Counted from the first letter of the stretch, positions 50,318 through 60,232 are shown. The stretch: DNA of 64,000 bases from Bdellovibrionales bacterium (GCA_020434365.1 JAGRAX010000001.1:8568-72567), one strand, 5' to 3'. Made by a program: numbers and translations. Notes: generated by a model not told the origin, from the letters alone.

Positions 50318-52197
50318 GAATTCTCCTTGATGGATTGGCTTTGGAATTTCTTTACGTACATAGAAACAATACTCACAGCTGCGGGCGTAACACCGGAAAT
50401 TCTAGAGGCCTGTCCCAGTGTGTGAGGTCTGATGCGTGAGAGTTTTTCTCGAACTTCTGTGGAAAGACTTGGAAGCTGAGCATAGTCAAAAGTTTTTGGA
50501 ATCACCGTGTGCTGCTCTTTTTCACTTCTGGAAATGTCTTGCTGCTCGCGCGAGATATATCCCTCATATTTGCAAGCAATGTGAAGGTTTTCAATGTAGT
50601 CATGCTGCTCTTTTTCCAACTGTGGTGCCAAAACTTGTAAATGTTTCCACTCCACTTCCGGCCTTTTGAGAAAGTCCCACAAACTGTTGGGACTCTTGAG
50701 CGGTGTCAAACCCATCTGCGTGATTTTTTCGTTGGTTGCGGGTGTGGGTGTAAGTCGAAGGCTTTGAAGTTTTTGTTTGCTGTGCTCGATGAGGTGGTTT
50801 TTTTCCTTAAACTTTTGATAACTCCACTCCTCAACCGTTCCAAGAGCATAGCCTTTTTCTAGCAGTCTTTGATCTGCATTGTCTTCCCTTAAGTGCAGGC
50901 GATGCTCTGCCCGTGAGGTAAACATGCGATATGGCTCCGTCGTCCCTTTGGTTACAAGATCATCGACCAAAACGCCGATGTAGCTTTCTGACCTAGACAG
51001 CACAAAGGGTTCAAAGTTTTTGTCTAGAGACTTTGCAGCATTCACACCTGCAAGCCAGCCTTGAGCTGCGGCTTCTTCATAACCTGTGGTTCCATTGATC
51101 TGCCCTGCATGAAAAAGTCCCGGAATTTTTTTCACCTCAAGCCACGGCGAAAGTTCGGTAGGATCAATATAGTCATATTCAACGGCATAGCCCGGGCGCA
51201 TCACTTCAACCTTTTCCAGGCCTTTCATACTACGGAGAAACTCCACCTGTGTTGCCAAAGGCAAGGAATTGGACAGGCCGTTGGGATAGATTTCTGCTGT
51301 TTCTAGGCCCTCAGGTTCTAAAAACACTTGATGTGCGTCTTTGTCAGCAAATCGAACAATCTTGTCCTCAATGCAGGGGCAGTAGCGGGGACCGACACTT
51401 TGGATTTTTCCGCTATACATGGCAGATTGTGAAAGTTTGGATTGGATGATTTGATGAGTCCGAGCATTGGTATAGGTCACATGGCAGGGAAGCTGCTTTT
51501 GACGAGTAGGTGTTCGGAAAAAAGAAAACTGTGGCGTGGGCTCGTCCCCAGGTTGCTCTTCTAAGATATTGAAATTAATAGTTTTTTTATCAAGTCTGGG
51601 CACGGTTCCTGTTTTCATCCGCCCTCTGCGAAGCCCCACACCCAAAAGAGTTTCACTCAAAGACTTCGAGGCCTTGTCGCCAGAGCGACCTCCGGACAGA
51701 CTCAAAGCTCCGATATGCATCAGACCATTGAGAAAGGTTCCGGTTGTCAAAATGACGGCCCCCGCTCTGAGCTCTTCACCAAAGTGAGTGACAACACCCA
51801 CACATCGACCTTGATCCAAGATAAGGTCCTCTACCATAGCCTCTCGGCATACAATAGAAGAGTGAGATTCAATGATACTTTTGGTTTTTCGTGCGTAGAG
51901 ATCTTTGTCAGCCTGCGCCCGCGTTGCCCAAACCGCTGGGCCTTTGCGTGTATTCAGGGTTCGAAATTGTATACCTGTTTCATCAATAGCCCAGGCCATC
52001 ACTCCACCCAAGGCCTCGACTTCTTTTACCAAGTGTGACTTTCCCAAACCCCCAATTGCCGGATTGCAGGACATATGCCCAATTCGATCTAAATTACTGG
52101 AAACCAAAGCTACTTTTGCTCCCATTTGAGCCGCGGCCCAGGACGCTTCGATCCCGGCATGACCTCCTCCAACAACAATGACATCAAAAGTGTTCAT
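50314..52197 (-). CDS. mnmG: tRNA uridine-5-carboxymethylaminomethyl modification enzyme MnmG (GidA)
   Basis: 627 aa with an FAD-binding N-terminus [14 protein letters not shown] and conserved MnmG blocks throughout. Confidence 0.95.
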   Translation of the reverse strand: MNTFDVIVVGGGHAGIEASWAAAQMGAKVALVSSNLDRIGHMSCNPAIGGLGKSHLVKEVEALGGVMAWAIDETGIQFRTLNTRKGPAVWATRAQADKDLYARKTKSIIESHSSIVCREAMVEDLILDQGRCVGVVTHFGEELRAGAVILTTGTFLNGLMHIGALSLSGGRSGDKASKSLSETLLGVGLRRGRMKTGTVPRLDKKTINFNILEEQPGDEPTPQFSFFRTPTRQKQLPCHVTYTNARTHQIIQSKLSQSAMYSGKIQSVGPRYCPCIEDKIVRFADKDAHQVFLEPEGLETAEIYPNGLSNSLPLATQVEFLRSMKGLEKVEVMRPGYAVEYDYIDPTELSPWLEVKKIPGLFHAGQINGTTGYEEAAAQGWLAGVNAAKSLDKNFEPFVLSRSESYIGVLVDDLVTKGTTEPYRMFTSRAEHRLHLREDNADQRLLEKGYALGTVEEWSYQKFKEKNHLIEHSKQKLQSLRLTPTPATNEKITQMGLTPLKSPNSLWDFLKRPEVEWKHLQVLAPQLEKEQHDYIENLHIACKYEGYISREQQDISRSEKEQHTVIPKTFDYAQLPSLSTEVREKLSRIRPHTLGQASRISGVTPAAVSIVSMYVKKFQSQSIKENS

Positions 52198-52198
52198 G

Positions 52199-52921
52199 TT
52201 ACCGTCTCACCAAGCTTTCAGTTTCATAATAACGATTGGCCACAGAGACATTGGGATACACAAGACAAGCTGGGGCCATCAGCACACCGGGGTTTAAAAC
52301 GCTGTTACATCCTGTTTGACAGCCGTCACCTATAATGGCGCCCATTTTTCTCAAGCCTGACTCTATGTCATCCCCTTGAATTCGAAGCTTGACTTCTCCA
52401 TCCGTAATTTTCAAGTTCGAAACTTTCGTACCCGCTCCCAAATTGACCTCATTGCCAAGAATGCTGTCCCCAACATAGGCAAAGTGCGCGGCCTTAGCGC
52501 CGTTACAAAAAATAGAACTTTTCACCTCTGTCGCATGACCAATCACACAGTGTTCTCCTGCAATCAAACCTCCCCGGATATAGGCTGATTGGCGAATCTG
52601 ACTGTGAGGACCTATAATACTGGGTCCCTGAATGTAGGCTCCAGGCTCAACGGTCACACCTTCTCCAAGCTCAACCTCTCCCTCAAAGTAAGCTCCAGCT
52701 TTAATATAGACCTTTCCTCCCCCTCTGGACCTTAATTCTGTATCTTCTAAAATCAGTCCCTGTGGAGTGTTCGGTGAAATTTGACTTTCAATCCACTCTT
52801 CTTTTACTCCCTTTGACAAAATATCCCAGGCAAATTCTAGATCTTGAAAAAGATCACGAAACCACAAAAGCTTTGTGTCGACATAGTGATCAATATTATA
52901 TGTTTCACGTGAAACATTCAT
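52199..52921 (-). CDS. hexapeptide-repeat (left-handed beta-helix) protein, probable acyl/nucleotidyl-transferase-like
   Basis: 240 aa with repeated [LIV]G..x..x hexads through the central region. It lies 1 nt upstream of mnmG, and its first codons contain an 18-bp palindrome. Confidence 0.5.
   Translation of the reverse strand: MNVSRETYNIDHYVDTKLLWFRDLFQDLEFAWDILSKGVKEEWIESQISPNTPQGLILEDTELRSRGGGKVYIKAGAYFEGEVELGEGVTVEPGAYIQGPSIIGPHSQIRQSAYIRGGLIAGEHCVIGHATEVKSSIFCNGAKAAHFAYVGDSILGNEVNLGAGTKVSNLKITDGEVKLRIQGDDIESGLRKMGAIIGDGCQTGCNSVLNPGVLMAPACLVYPNVSVANRYYETESLVRR
52900..52917. promoter_or_regulatory. perfect 18-bp palindrome ATGTTTCACGTGAAACAT (copy 1)
   Basis: 9+9 perfect inverted repeat overlapping the start codon region of the 52199..52921 gene. 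An identical core occurs at 53064..53083. Confidence 0.5.
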
Positions 52922-53063
52922 GGCTGGAAACTATACCTTCTTTTCTTCCTCAAGTGGAGCAGAAAAACTCTTCAATGAATGAATTTTTCGTTTTCGAAAT
53001 AATTTTATAGTAATCCTATAAAATCGATCACATTCTATAAATAAAAGTGGTTAAAAAATCTGT

Positions 53064-53083
53064 CATGTTTCACGTGAAACATG
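53064..53083. promoter_or_regulatory. perfect 20-bp palindrome CATGTTTCACGTGAAACATG (copy 2)
   Basis: Starts 15 nt downstream of the dnaN stop. It shares the core of copy 1 with one extra base pair on each side. Confidence 0.5.
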
Positions 53084-53097
53084 GAACTACTTTATCT

Positions 53098-54222
53098 TCA
53101 GACACGCATAGGCATAATGACACCAAAATAGCTTGGGTCATCAGGAATTCGAACTACCCCAGGGCTTTGCTCGTGGTTAAACTCAAAAACAACTTTGTCT
53201 CCTTGACTTGCGCTCAAGGCATCCAAAACATATTTGGCGTTAAAACCAATATTGAGTTCTCCCCCATCAAACTCGCCAAAAATTTCTTCCTCTGCTTCTC
53301 CCAACTCTGGTGAGTTGGCTCGAAGTAATACTCCCTGTCCATGGATTCCAAATTTTACACATTTGGATTTTCCTTCTGAAAGAAGCGAAACTCTACGTAA
53401 ACTCTGATAAAAAGATTCTTTTTCCAAGGTAAGTTTTTTGTTGTTGTTTTTAGGGATGACAGCTGTGTAATCTGGAAACTCTCCTACAACCAGTCTCATA
53501 AAAAGTTTAGTGTCTTTAACTTTACATACGGCATTACCTTGACTCACAGCAAAATCTATCTCATTTTCTTTGGCATCCGAAAGAAGTTTTTTCAATTCAA
53601 AAACACCTTTTCTGGGTAATATAACACTCTTATCAAGGTTAAAATTCTCATTTTCATCTAAGTCTTTGTTATAAAAAGCTAAACGGTGTCCATCTGTCGC
53701 AACCATTCTAAATATTTTTTTTCCATTACCTAACGTTTCTGTTTCTATAAGCGAGCCGTTGAGATTATATCTCATCTCATCAGTACAAATGGCAAAAGAG
53801 GTTCGATCAATGGCATACTTGAGTGTGTTGGTTTGCAGACGAGAAAATTCTATATCTGAAGACGAGGGCATCTTTGGAAATTCACTGCCATCTACGCCTG
53901 CGATTTTAAATTGGGCCTTGCCACTGTGAATTGTAATCCAAGATTGATCGCTGGATACAAGTTCGCCCTGCTCTGCAGGAAGTTCCTTAATAATGCTTAT
54001 AAAATAACTCGAAGGAACGCAGATCCGTCCCGGCTCTTCAACTTTAGCTTCGATCTGAGTTTGAATTCCTATTTCTAAGTCTGTGGCTTGAATCAAAAGA
54101 CATTGGTCTTTGGCTTGAATTAAAATATTTCCCAAAATGGGCATTGTAGTTTTTTTCTCAGCTACGCTGGAGACACGACTCAATGCTTTAAGAAAAGGAA
54201 CTTTATCAAACTGAACTTTCAT
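53098..54222 (-). CDS. dnaN: DNA polymerase III beta sliding clamp
   Basis: MKVQFDKVPFLKALSRVSS...TMPILGNILIQ.. aligns with the E. coli DnaN N-terminus, and the C-terminus is ..VIMPMRV. The track ORF starts 3 codons upstream at 54231. Confidence 0.9.
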   Translation of the reverse strand: MKVQFDKVPFLKALSRVSSVAEKKTTMPILGNILIQAKDQCLLIQATDLEIGIQTQIEAKVEEPGRICVPSSYFISIIKELPAEQGELVSSDQSWITIHSGKAQFKIAGVDGSEFPKMPSSSDIEFSRLQTNTLKYAIDRTSFAICTDEMRYNLNGSLIETETLGNGKKIFRMVATDGHRLAFYNKDLDENENFNLDKSVILPRKGVFELKKLLSDAKENEIDFAVSQGNAVCKVKDTKLFMRLVVGEFPDYTAVIPKNNNKKLTLEKESFYQSLRRVSLLSEGKSKCVKFGIHGQGVLLRANSPELGEAEEEIFGEFDGGELNIGFNAKYVLDALSASQGDKVVFEFNHEQSPGVVRIPDDPSYFGVIMPMRV

Positions 54223-54231
54223 TACACACAC

Positions 54232-54479
54232 TCCCTTAAGATAGTATATTCTTTAATATAAAATTCGTCGTAATAGAAGATCTTGTGGATAATTTTTTTC
54301 TTCTATACAAGTTATGAATTTTATTTATGAAATCGTTAAAAAACCCCTGTGGAAAAAAACCATTTTGTAAAAGTTTATTCCAAGACATGTATTTTCCAAA
54401 GTTGCAAACCTGTGGAAGATAGAGCAATTTTCCACAGAAGTTCACATGCTTTGTGGATAAGATAGTAAAAAAAAGTTTA
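54232..54479. other. candidate oriC: DnaA-box cluster in the dnaA-dnaN intergenic region
   Basis: Perfect TTATCCACA boxes (as the complement TGTGGATAA) lie at 54283..54291 and 54451..54459. Near-perfect boxes lie at 54347..54355, 54411..54419 and 54427..54435. AT-rich stretches are at 54249..54280 and 54460..54479. Confidence 0.6.
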
Positions 54480-55826
54480 TTAGACATGCTCATGAAGGGC
54501 CTGCTGAAGGATTTGCATCGTCTGATGAAGCTGTGGATCCTGACTTAAGGTTTTAGAAATTTTAGAAACGCCGTGCAAAATGGTGGAGTGATCCTTTCCT
54601 CCAAAAGCTTGACCCAATTCAGGAAAAGATTGTTTGGTTAATTGTCGACAAAGATACATCGCAATTTGTCTGGGTTGTGCGACAACTTTATGTCTTTTGT
54701 TTGATTTAAGATCAGAAACTTTGAGATGAAAAAATTTTGCAACGGTCTGAAGAATCATTTCCACTGTGATTTCTTTTTCTTTGGGGGTCATCGAATGAAG
54801 AATTTGTTTGGCAACAGTCAAAGAAATAGGCTGCCCCGAAAGAGAAGTATACGCGCCCAAACGAATCAAACAACCTTCCAAAACACGAACATTGGTTTTC
54901 ACCTGGCTCGCAATGTAATAAGACACCTCGTCTGGAAGGTCTATATGATCGGCCAAAGATTTTTTTCTAATGATCGCAACCCTTGTCTCTACGTCCGGAG
55001 CTTGAATGTCACAGAAAAGACCAGATTGAAATCTAGATCTAAGCCGTTCATCCAAATCGGGAATTTCATGAGGCATACGATCAGAAGTTAAAACAATCTG
55101 TTTATTGTTTTGAAAAAGTTTATTGAAAGTATGAAAAAACTCTTCTTGAGTTCTTTCTTTCTTTGCAAAAAACTGAATGTCGTCAAGTAGAAGCAAATCA
55201 CATTGCCTTCGATACTGATCTCTAAACCTTTCAGTCTGGCCGTTTCGAATGGATTGAATCAACTCATTGACAAACTCTTCAGAACTTCGGTACAAAACTT
55301 TCGCCCTAGGGTTTTTGTCAAGCCACACATGTCCAATGGCATGAAGCAAATGAGTTTTTCCCAAACCCACTCCCCCATAAATCAGCAAAGGGTTGTAGCT
55401 TTTTCCAAGTTTACTGGCTACGGCTTGCGCCGCAGCATGCGCAAATTGATTGTTTGGCCCCACAACAAACTCATCGAAACGATATTTTTGATTCAAACGT
55501 AAAGAAGGTCCAAACTCCTTTTTTTCTTTCAAAGAGACTATGGAGGGTTTCTCTTCCAAATCAGGTGTATGCATTTGTTTTTCAACTTGCGCAGAGATCG
55601 AGAGCCTTACTTCGCCACCCAGGCGTCCAGAGTGATGTACCAACATTTTCTCAATGGTGGAAAGGTAATCCTTTTGAACCCTAATTTTATAAAACACATT
55701 GGGAACTTCTAGGATCCAACCCTTTCCCGAGTTTTTGCAATCCAAAGGCTTGATCCAAGTATTGAATGCGTGAGTTGAAAGCTGCTCCTTGAGTTCCGCT
55801 TGAGTTTTTTGCCAACAGTCGTTCAT
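54480..55826 (-). CDS. dnaA: chromosomal replication initiator DnaA
   Basis: 448 aa with AAA+ Walker A GGVGLGKTHLL and Walker B LLLLDDIQF. The C-terminal DNA-binding domain reads ..IAMYLCRQLT..SFPELGQAFGGKDHSTILHGVSKI... Confidence 0.95.
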   Translation of the reverse strand: MNDCWQKTQAELKEQLSTHAFNTWIKPLDCKNSGKGWILEVPNVFYKIRVQKDYLSTIEKMLVHHSGRLGGEVRLSISAQVEKQMHTPDLEEKPSIVSLKEKKEFGPSLRLNQKYRFDEFVVGPNNQFAHAAAQAVASKLGKSYNPLLIYGGVGLGKTHLLHAIGHVWLDKNPRAKVLYRSSEEFVNELIQSIRNGQTERFRDQYRRQCDLLLLDDIQFFAKKERTQEEFFHTFNKLFQNNKQIVLTSDRMPHEIPDLDERLRSRFQSGLFCDIQAPDVETRVAIIRKKSLADHIDLPDEVSYYIASQVKTNVRVLEGCLIRLGAYTSLSGQPISLTVAKQILHSMTPKEKEITVEMILQTVAKFFHLKVSDLKSNKRHKVVAQPRQIAMYLCRQLTKQSFPELGQAFGGKDHSTILHGVSKISKTLSQDPQLHQTMQILQQALHEHV

Positions 55827-55939
55827 AAATTTTTTTAAGGTTCTAAAGTGTTACTCGTGTAACGGGTGTAAAAATTATGTCTATATCGAACTTCAGGTGG
55901 TACCGGCATAAGGAAGTTTTGGTCAAGAAAGAAAACTTT

Positions 55940-56400
55940 CCCTTTTTTCAAAACGCTTATCCACAACTATATCTTTCAAATTAAAAAATTGTAAGGCTTT
56001 GAAAATGCAACCAATAGTCAGACAATTTCGATTCTCCCAATCAAAGAAAAAAAAGATTCCTATCCACAGTTTCACCTTCGGTCACCGCAGACCGAAAAAA
56101 ATACGCGCCCAAATTCTTCTTCACTATCAAAGACTAAGAAATTCATTGTACATGTTGTTCTATAAGTCATCGACCATAAGCTTTTAAAATCAAGACAAAA
56201 AACCAAAGGAAAAAAATCACATACTCATTTTACCAGGTGTTTCTAGGTCCAAACCTAAAACGAAGACATTCCCTGTGGACAAATAAAAAAGACAAAAGCT
56301 CATAAAAAAAAATCCAAAACAAGAAACGTAAATATCTAAGAAAAAAAACCATGTGATACTAAGCGATTACATGAAATTTAAAGAAGAATTTGCAGAATAT
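55940..56400. other. second DnaA-box/AT-rich region upstream of dnaA (possible bipartite origin or dnaA autoregulatory region)
   Basis: A perfect TTATCCACA lies at 55947..55955 and a one-mismatch box (TTGTCCACA) at 56275..56283. Positions 56150..56400 are strongly A-rich, inside an ~870-nt non-coding gap between dnaA and rpmH. Confidence 0.45.
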
Positions 56401-56697
56401 ATATTTCTCATTTTTTTCAATGGCCTGCCCCAGGCCTGTGAAAAGATCTTGCCGCGAGAAACTTTTGATCGTTGACTTGAGGATCAACATATGGTCTAAG
56501 CATTCTGATCTCTTAGGTCGCTAGCATTCCAGGCACAGCAATGCTCAGGTTTATTATGTGTCAATATGAGGAAGGCCCTACAAAAGAGACCCTCGCAGCC
56601 AGGAAATGAAACTGGCCGAGAGCAAGCCCGCTTTTAGGGATATGAAGCAAAAAAGCTTCAAAAAATTAACGAGTTGAACATTTAGGGAAGAAAAAAA

Positions 56698-56847
56698 ATG
56701 AAACGTACATATCAGCCGAGCAACATCAGCAGACTACGCACACACGGTTTTTTAAGTCGCATGGCCACAAAATCAGGTCAAAACGTCATCAAAGCCAGAC
56801 GAAGAAAAGGTCGCAAAAGACTCTCTGTTTCAGCTGCGAGCAAATAA
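56698..56847 (+). CDS. rpmH: 50S ribosomal protein L34
   Basis: Not in the ORF track (49 aa). [49 protein letters not shown] matches the L34 consensus. It is preceded by GGGAAG and followed by rnpA. Confidence 0.9.
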   Translation: MKRTYQPSNISRLRTHGFLSRMATKSGQNVIKARRRKGRKRLSVSAASK

Positions 56848-56850
56848 GAC

Positions 56851-57222
56851 ATGTCTCAGGTCCAGGCTGGACCTTTGTCTTTTTCTGCCAACATGAGAGT
56901 TCGAAAGGCTTCGGATTTTCGATATATTAAAGAAAGAGCTCAGGTGCAGCACTCTACAACAATGCTTCTGTTGTCTGCAACACAGGAGCAAGGCCGAGCC
57001 AGATTGGGTTTGGTCGTAACCAAAAAAACCGGATGCGCGGCTGTGCGAAATCGTTGGAAGCGCAAAATCCGTGAATACTTTAGACTTCACCCTGAAAACT
57101 TTCACAACGATCAGGACTACGTTTTTATCGTTAAGTCCAAAACCAAAGGCATGCCTGGTACAAGGCTGGAGCAAGAAATTGAATATCTGCTTCGAAAGCA
57201 AGACCAGGGGAGGATGCTTTGA
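56851..57222 (+). CDS. rnpA: ribonuclease P protein component
   Basis: 123 aa, basic, with the RnpA-type ..[11 protein letters not shown].. motif. It sits between rpmH and yidD. Confidence 0.85.
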   Translation: MSQVQAGPLSFSANMRVRKASDFRYIKERAQVQHSTTMLLLSATQEQGRARLGLVVTKKTGCAAVRNRWKRKIREYFRLHPENFHNDQDYVFIVKSKTKGMPGTRLEQEIEYLLRKQDQGRML

Positions 57223-57440
57223 TGAGGCTATTGATTCGTATGTATCAAATTGCGCTTTCACCTTTTTTACCCGCGAGTTGTAGGTTTCATCCGACTTGCT
57301 CGCATTATGCTCTAGAAGCTTTTGAGCAGAAAGGTGCGCTCAAAGCTCTGGGCCTCACACTGCTTCGCTTGTCCAAATGTCACCCCTTCCACCCTGGTGG
57401 ATTTGATCCAGTTCCTCAACCCAAAAGAGAAAGATCCTAA
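57219..57440 (+). CDS. yidD: membrane protein insertion efficiency factor YidD
   Basis: 73 aa with ..[49 protein letters not shown].. Confidence 0.9.
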   Translation: MMRLLIRMYQIALSPFLPASCRFHPTCSHYALEAFEQKGALKALGLTLLRLSKCHPFHPGGFDPVPQPKRERS

Positions 57441-57441
57441 G

Positions 57442-59079
57442 ATGTCGACTGAAAAAAGAATGCTGCTGGCCATCGTGCTCATCATGGGCGTAACCTTTGT
57501 TTGGTCCAAACTGTTTTTTCCGCAGCAGTCTCAACAAAGTACAAACGCAAAAAATATCATTGCTGAACAGAACTCAGACCAAGCTGCTCAAACCGCGACC
57601 GAAAGCCTCCCTCAAGTTTTGGATCTTACACCCGATCGCAAAAAAACAAGTCAGGCCAAAGTCATTGCCTTGCAAAATATTGAATTTGAAACTCCAGAAA
57701 GTTTTGGAACTGTAAGTAGTCATATGGCGAGCTTGCAATCGTTTGAACTGACAACATACAAGCTCCAGCAAAAACAAGGGGCTCCAGGCGTGTCCTTGGT
57801 TCCCTTTACTCCTGATTCCAAAGCTCCTCTGCAGTGGAAGTACACGCTAGGTGAAAAAACTTTTTTTGATCGAGACCTTTACTATCAAGTTGTTGAAAAA
57901 GACACAGATCATGTGAGTTTTCGCGCGCAGCTTCTGCCACAAGTTTTTGTAGAAAAAACTTGGTACTTTCAAAGCAAACCTTATGTTCTGGATCTAGATC
58001 TTAGAATCATCAATCAGAGCTTAAGTGATCAGGCCTTAAACGTTCAAATTCAAAACTTTGCGCGCCCGAAAGAAAACACAAAGAAAACAGGAATCTTTTC
58101 GATGTTTTCTTCCCGTGAACAGCCTCTGCGAGCCATGGCTTATGTAAACGAAAAAAACTATCACTGGACCTATGAAGACATTTTGGATGGTGAGAACCTC
58201 TCGCCCAAAGGCTCTGTGTCATGGCTTGGCTTTGATTCGCAGTATTTTGTTTTTTCTGTGCTTCCTGATCAGGGCAATTGGTCTGGCGTTGAGGCTTCTA
58301 CCCAAGACGAGCAAGCTGTGATTTCAGCAATCTATCCAGATCGAACCCTTGCCTCGGGCAAGGTCCAGGAGTTTTCTGTAAAAGTATATGCGGGTCCTAA
58401 AGACATTGATCTTCTTCGTGAAGTTGGAAATGATTTGGACCTGAGTATTGATTACGGAATTTGGGGACCGATTGCACGACCCATCTTGAGTTTGCTTCGT
58501 TGGATTCATGGCTTTGTTCCCAACTATGGTTTTGCCATCATTATTTTAACCCTTTTGGTTCGGGCTTTGATGTTTCCCTTGGTCCAAAAGCAAGCGCGTT
58601 CGATGAAAAAAATGCAGGCGCATCAACCTGCAATGAATGCTCTGAAAGAAAAACATGGTGAAGATAAAGAGGCCTATACACGCGAACTCATGACCTATAT
58701 GCGCACCCATAAAATCAACCCCATGGGAGGTTGTTTGCTTTTGCTACCGCAAATGCCCATTTTCTTTGCTTTGTATCGGGTGCTCTACAATGCTGTTGAG
58801 CTACGTCATGCGCCCTTTGCACTTTGGATCAAAGACCTTTCGAGTCACGATCCTTTTTACGTTTTGCCGGTGCTTGTGGGAATCACCTTTTTCCTACAGT
58901 CCAAACTCAATCCCACACCCACCAGCGATCCAGCACAACAAACAATGATGAAAATCATGCCAGTCATGTTTTCTGTTTTTATGGTTTTTCTCCCTTCGGG
59001 CTTAAATCTGTATATTTTTGTAAGCACCGTTTGGGGAATCGTTCAACAATACATTGTCCAGAGAAAGCCGGCCGTATAG
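57442..59079 (+). CDS. yidC: membrane protein insertase YidC
   Basis: Probable start at ATG 57442 (MSTEKRMLLAIVLIMGVTFVW..); the track ORF starts at 57322 and overlaps yidD. The conserved C-terminal insertase core is ..GFAIIILTLLVRALMFPL..PMGGCLLLLPQMPIFFALY... Confidence 0.9.
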   Translation: MSTEKRMLLAIVLIMGVTFVWSKLFFPQQSQQSTNAKNIIAEQNSDQAAQTATESLPQVLDLTPDRKKTSQAKVIALQNIEFETPESFGTVSSHMASLQSFELTTYKLQQKQGAPGVSLVPFTPDSKAPLQWKYTLGEKTFFDRDLYYQVVEKDTDHVSFRAQLLPQVFVEKTWYFQSKPYVLDLDLRIINQSLSDQALNVQIQNFARPKENTKKTGIFSMFSSREQPLRAMAYVNEKNYHWTYEDILDGENLSPKGSVSWLGFDSQYFVFSVLPDQGNWSGVEASTQDEQAVISAIYPDRTLASGKVQEFSVKVYAGPKDIDLLREVGNDLDLSIDYGIWGPIARPILSLLRWIHGFVPNYGFAIIILTLLVRALMFPLVQKQARSMKKMQAHQPAMNALKEKHGEDKEAYTRELMTYMRTHKINPMGGCLLLLPQMPIFFALYRVLYNAVELRHAPFALWIKDLSSHDPFYVLPVLVGITFFLQSKLNPTPTSDPAQQTMMKIMPVMFSVFMVFLPSGLNLYIFVSTVWGIVQQYIVQRKPAV

Positions 59080-59109
59080 CTTTGAGTGGCAATATAAGGA
59101 GTAAATAAA

Positions 59110-60141
59110 ATGGGTATGTTTAATATTTTTAAAAATCTGACCAAGAAAAAAGAAACCTCGCATGTTCGTCACGGACAAAATGACGAATGGATTGAAATCA
59201 AAGCCAGCGACAAAAAAGAAGCCATTGAGAGAGCGTGCAACGCCCTCAACATTCAGCGTTCGCATGTGGAGATCGAAGACCTAGGTGGAGGAAGAATCAG
59301 AGCCAGAAAAAAATCAGCCAAAGCCAACACACAAACAGAGGAAAACGAAGGCAGAGAAAAGAAACCTCGAAGAAAAAACTACAAAAAAAAACCAGCGCAA
59401 AAAAAACGCGTTCAAGAAAGAAAAGAAGCCAGCAATAAATCCTCAGATGAGGATGAGTATTACGGTGAGAATGAAAGAACGGTAAGCCGAAAAAATCCCT
59501 TTGACTATGATGAGTCCGAACTGGTTGGAGATCAGTTTGAGGAAGAAGTCGAAGAGGAAACCGAGCAAGGCAAAGTTGCCAAAGAGTATTTGGAAAAAAT
59601 CGTTGCACAAATCAAAGAAGGCACAACGGTTGAACTTTTTGAAACCAACAGGCAAATTCGTTTAGAAATTGAAAGCGATGAATCAGGACTCTTTATCGGA
59701 AAGCATGGTTCTACATTAGAAGCGATTCAACATTTGCTTTCAAAAATGTGCCGTGCGGGAGAAGACGAAAACAAACGCATTGTCATCGATGCCGAAGACT
59801 ATCGCGTGCGTCGAGAAGAAGCCTTAGAAGCCAAAGCGCAAAAGCTTGCAAAAAAAGCTCGCAAAGAAAGAAGGCCTGTAAGCGCAGAGCCTATGAATGC
59901 AATGGATCGACGTGTATTGCATATGGCTCTCAAAGGTGAGCCTGGCGTAGAGACCAAAAGCGTGGGTGAAGGTAGTGGAAGACGTGTATTGATCGTTCCC
60001 AAAAATGCTCGACCAAACTCTTCCCGAAATGGTGGTCGAAGAAACTCCAGAAGCGAGGACAGAGGCAATCGAAGAGAGCGTTTTGAATCTTATGAAATGC
60101 CCAGCCATGACGATAACTTTGGCAACAACGACTACGAATAA
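59110..60141 (+). CDS. jag: Jag/KhpB RNA-binding protein (Jag-N, KH and R3H domains) with a long Lys/Glu-rich linker
   Basis: 343 aa with a KH-like ..GLFIGKHGSTLEAIQHLL.. and an R3H ..PMNAMDRRVLHMAL... It lies downstream of yidC as in other bacteria. Confidence 0.8.
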   Translation: MGMFNIFKNLTKKKETSHVRHGQNDEWIEIKASDKKEAIERACNALNIQRSHVEIEDLGGGRIRARKKSAKANTQTEENEGREKKPRRKNYKKKPAQKKRVQERKEASNKSSDEDEYYGENERTVSRKNPFDYDESELVGDQFEEEVEEETEQGKVAKEYLEKIVAQIKEGTTVELFETNRQIRLEIESDESGLFIGKHGSTLEAIQHLLSKMCRAGEDENKRIVIDAEDYRVRREEALEAKAQKLAKKARKERRPVSAEPMNAMDRRVLHMALKGEPGVETKSVGEGSGRRVLIVPKNARPNSSRNGGRRNSRSEDRGNRRERFESYEMPSHDDNFGNNDYE

Positions 60142-60188
60142 AAAACGCAGCTTTTCAACCAACCGATTCTCGGAGACCGATTGTAGTA

Positions 60189-60215
60189 TGGCACCTTTTC
60201 CGGGAAAAGGTGCCA
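60189..60215 (+). other. perfect 11-bp stem / 5-nt loop hairpin between jag and mnmE
   Basis: TGGCACCTTTT ccggg AAAAGGTGCCA. No T-run follows, and the mnmE start is 18 nt downstream. Confidence 0.5.
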
Positions 60216-60232
60216 GGCACCATTTGGGTTAG

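Noticed and set aside
55999-56187. 62-aa ORF in the dnaA-rpmH gap.
   Set aside because: It lies in the A-rich origin-proximal region with a poly-Lys translation from the A-tract and no Shine-Dalgarno sequence, so it is likely spurious.
60189-60194. A TGGCAC hexamer that could be a sigma-54 -24 element.
   Set aside because: The following sequence is TCCG rather than TTGC at the -12 position, and the hexamer is part of a perfect hairpin, so I treated it as a structural element instead.
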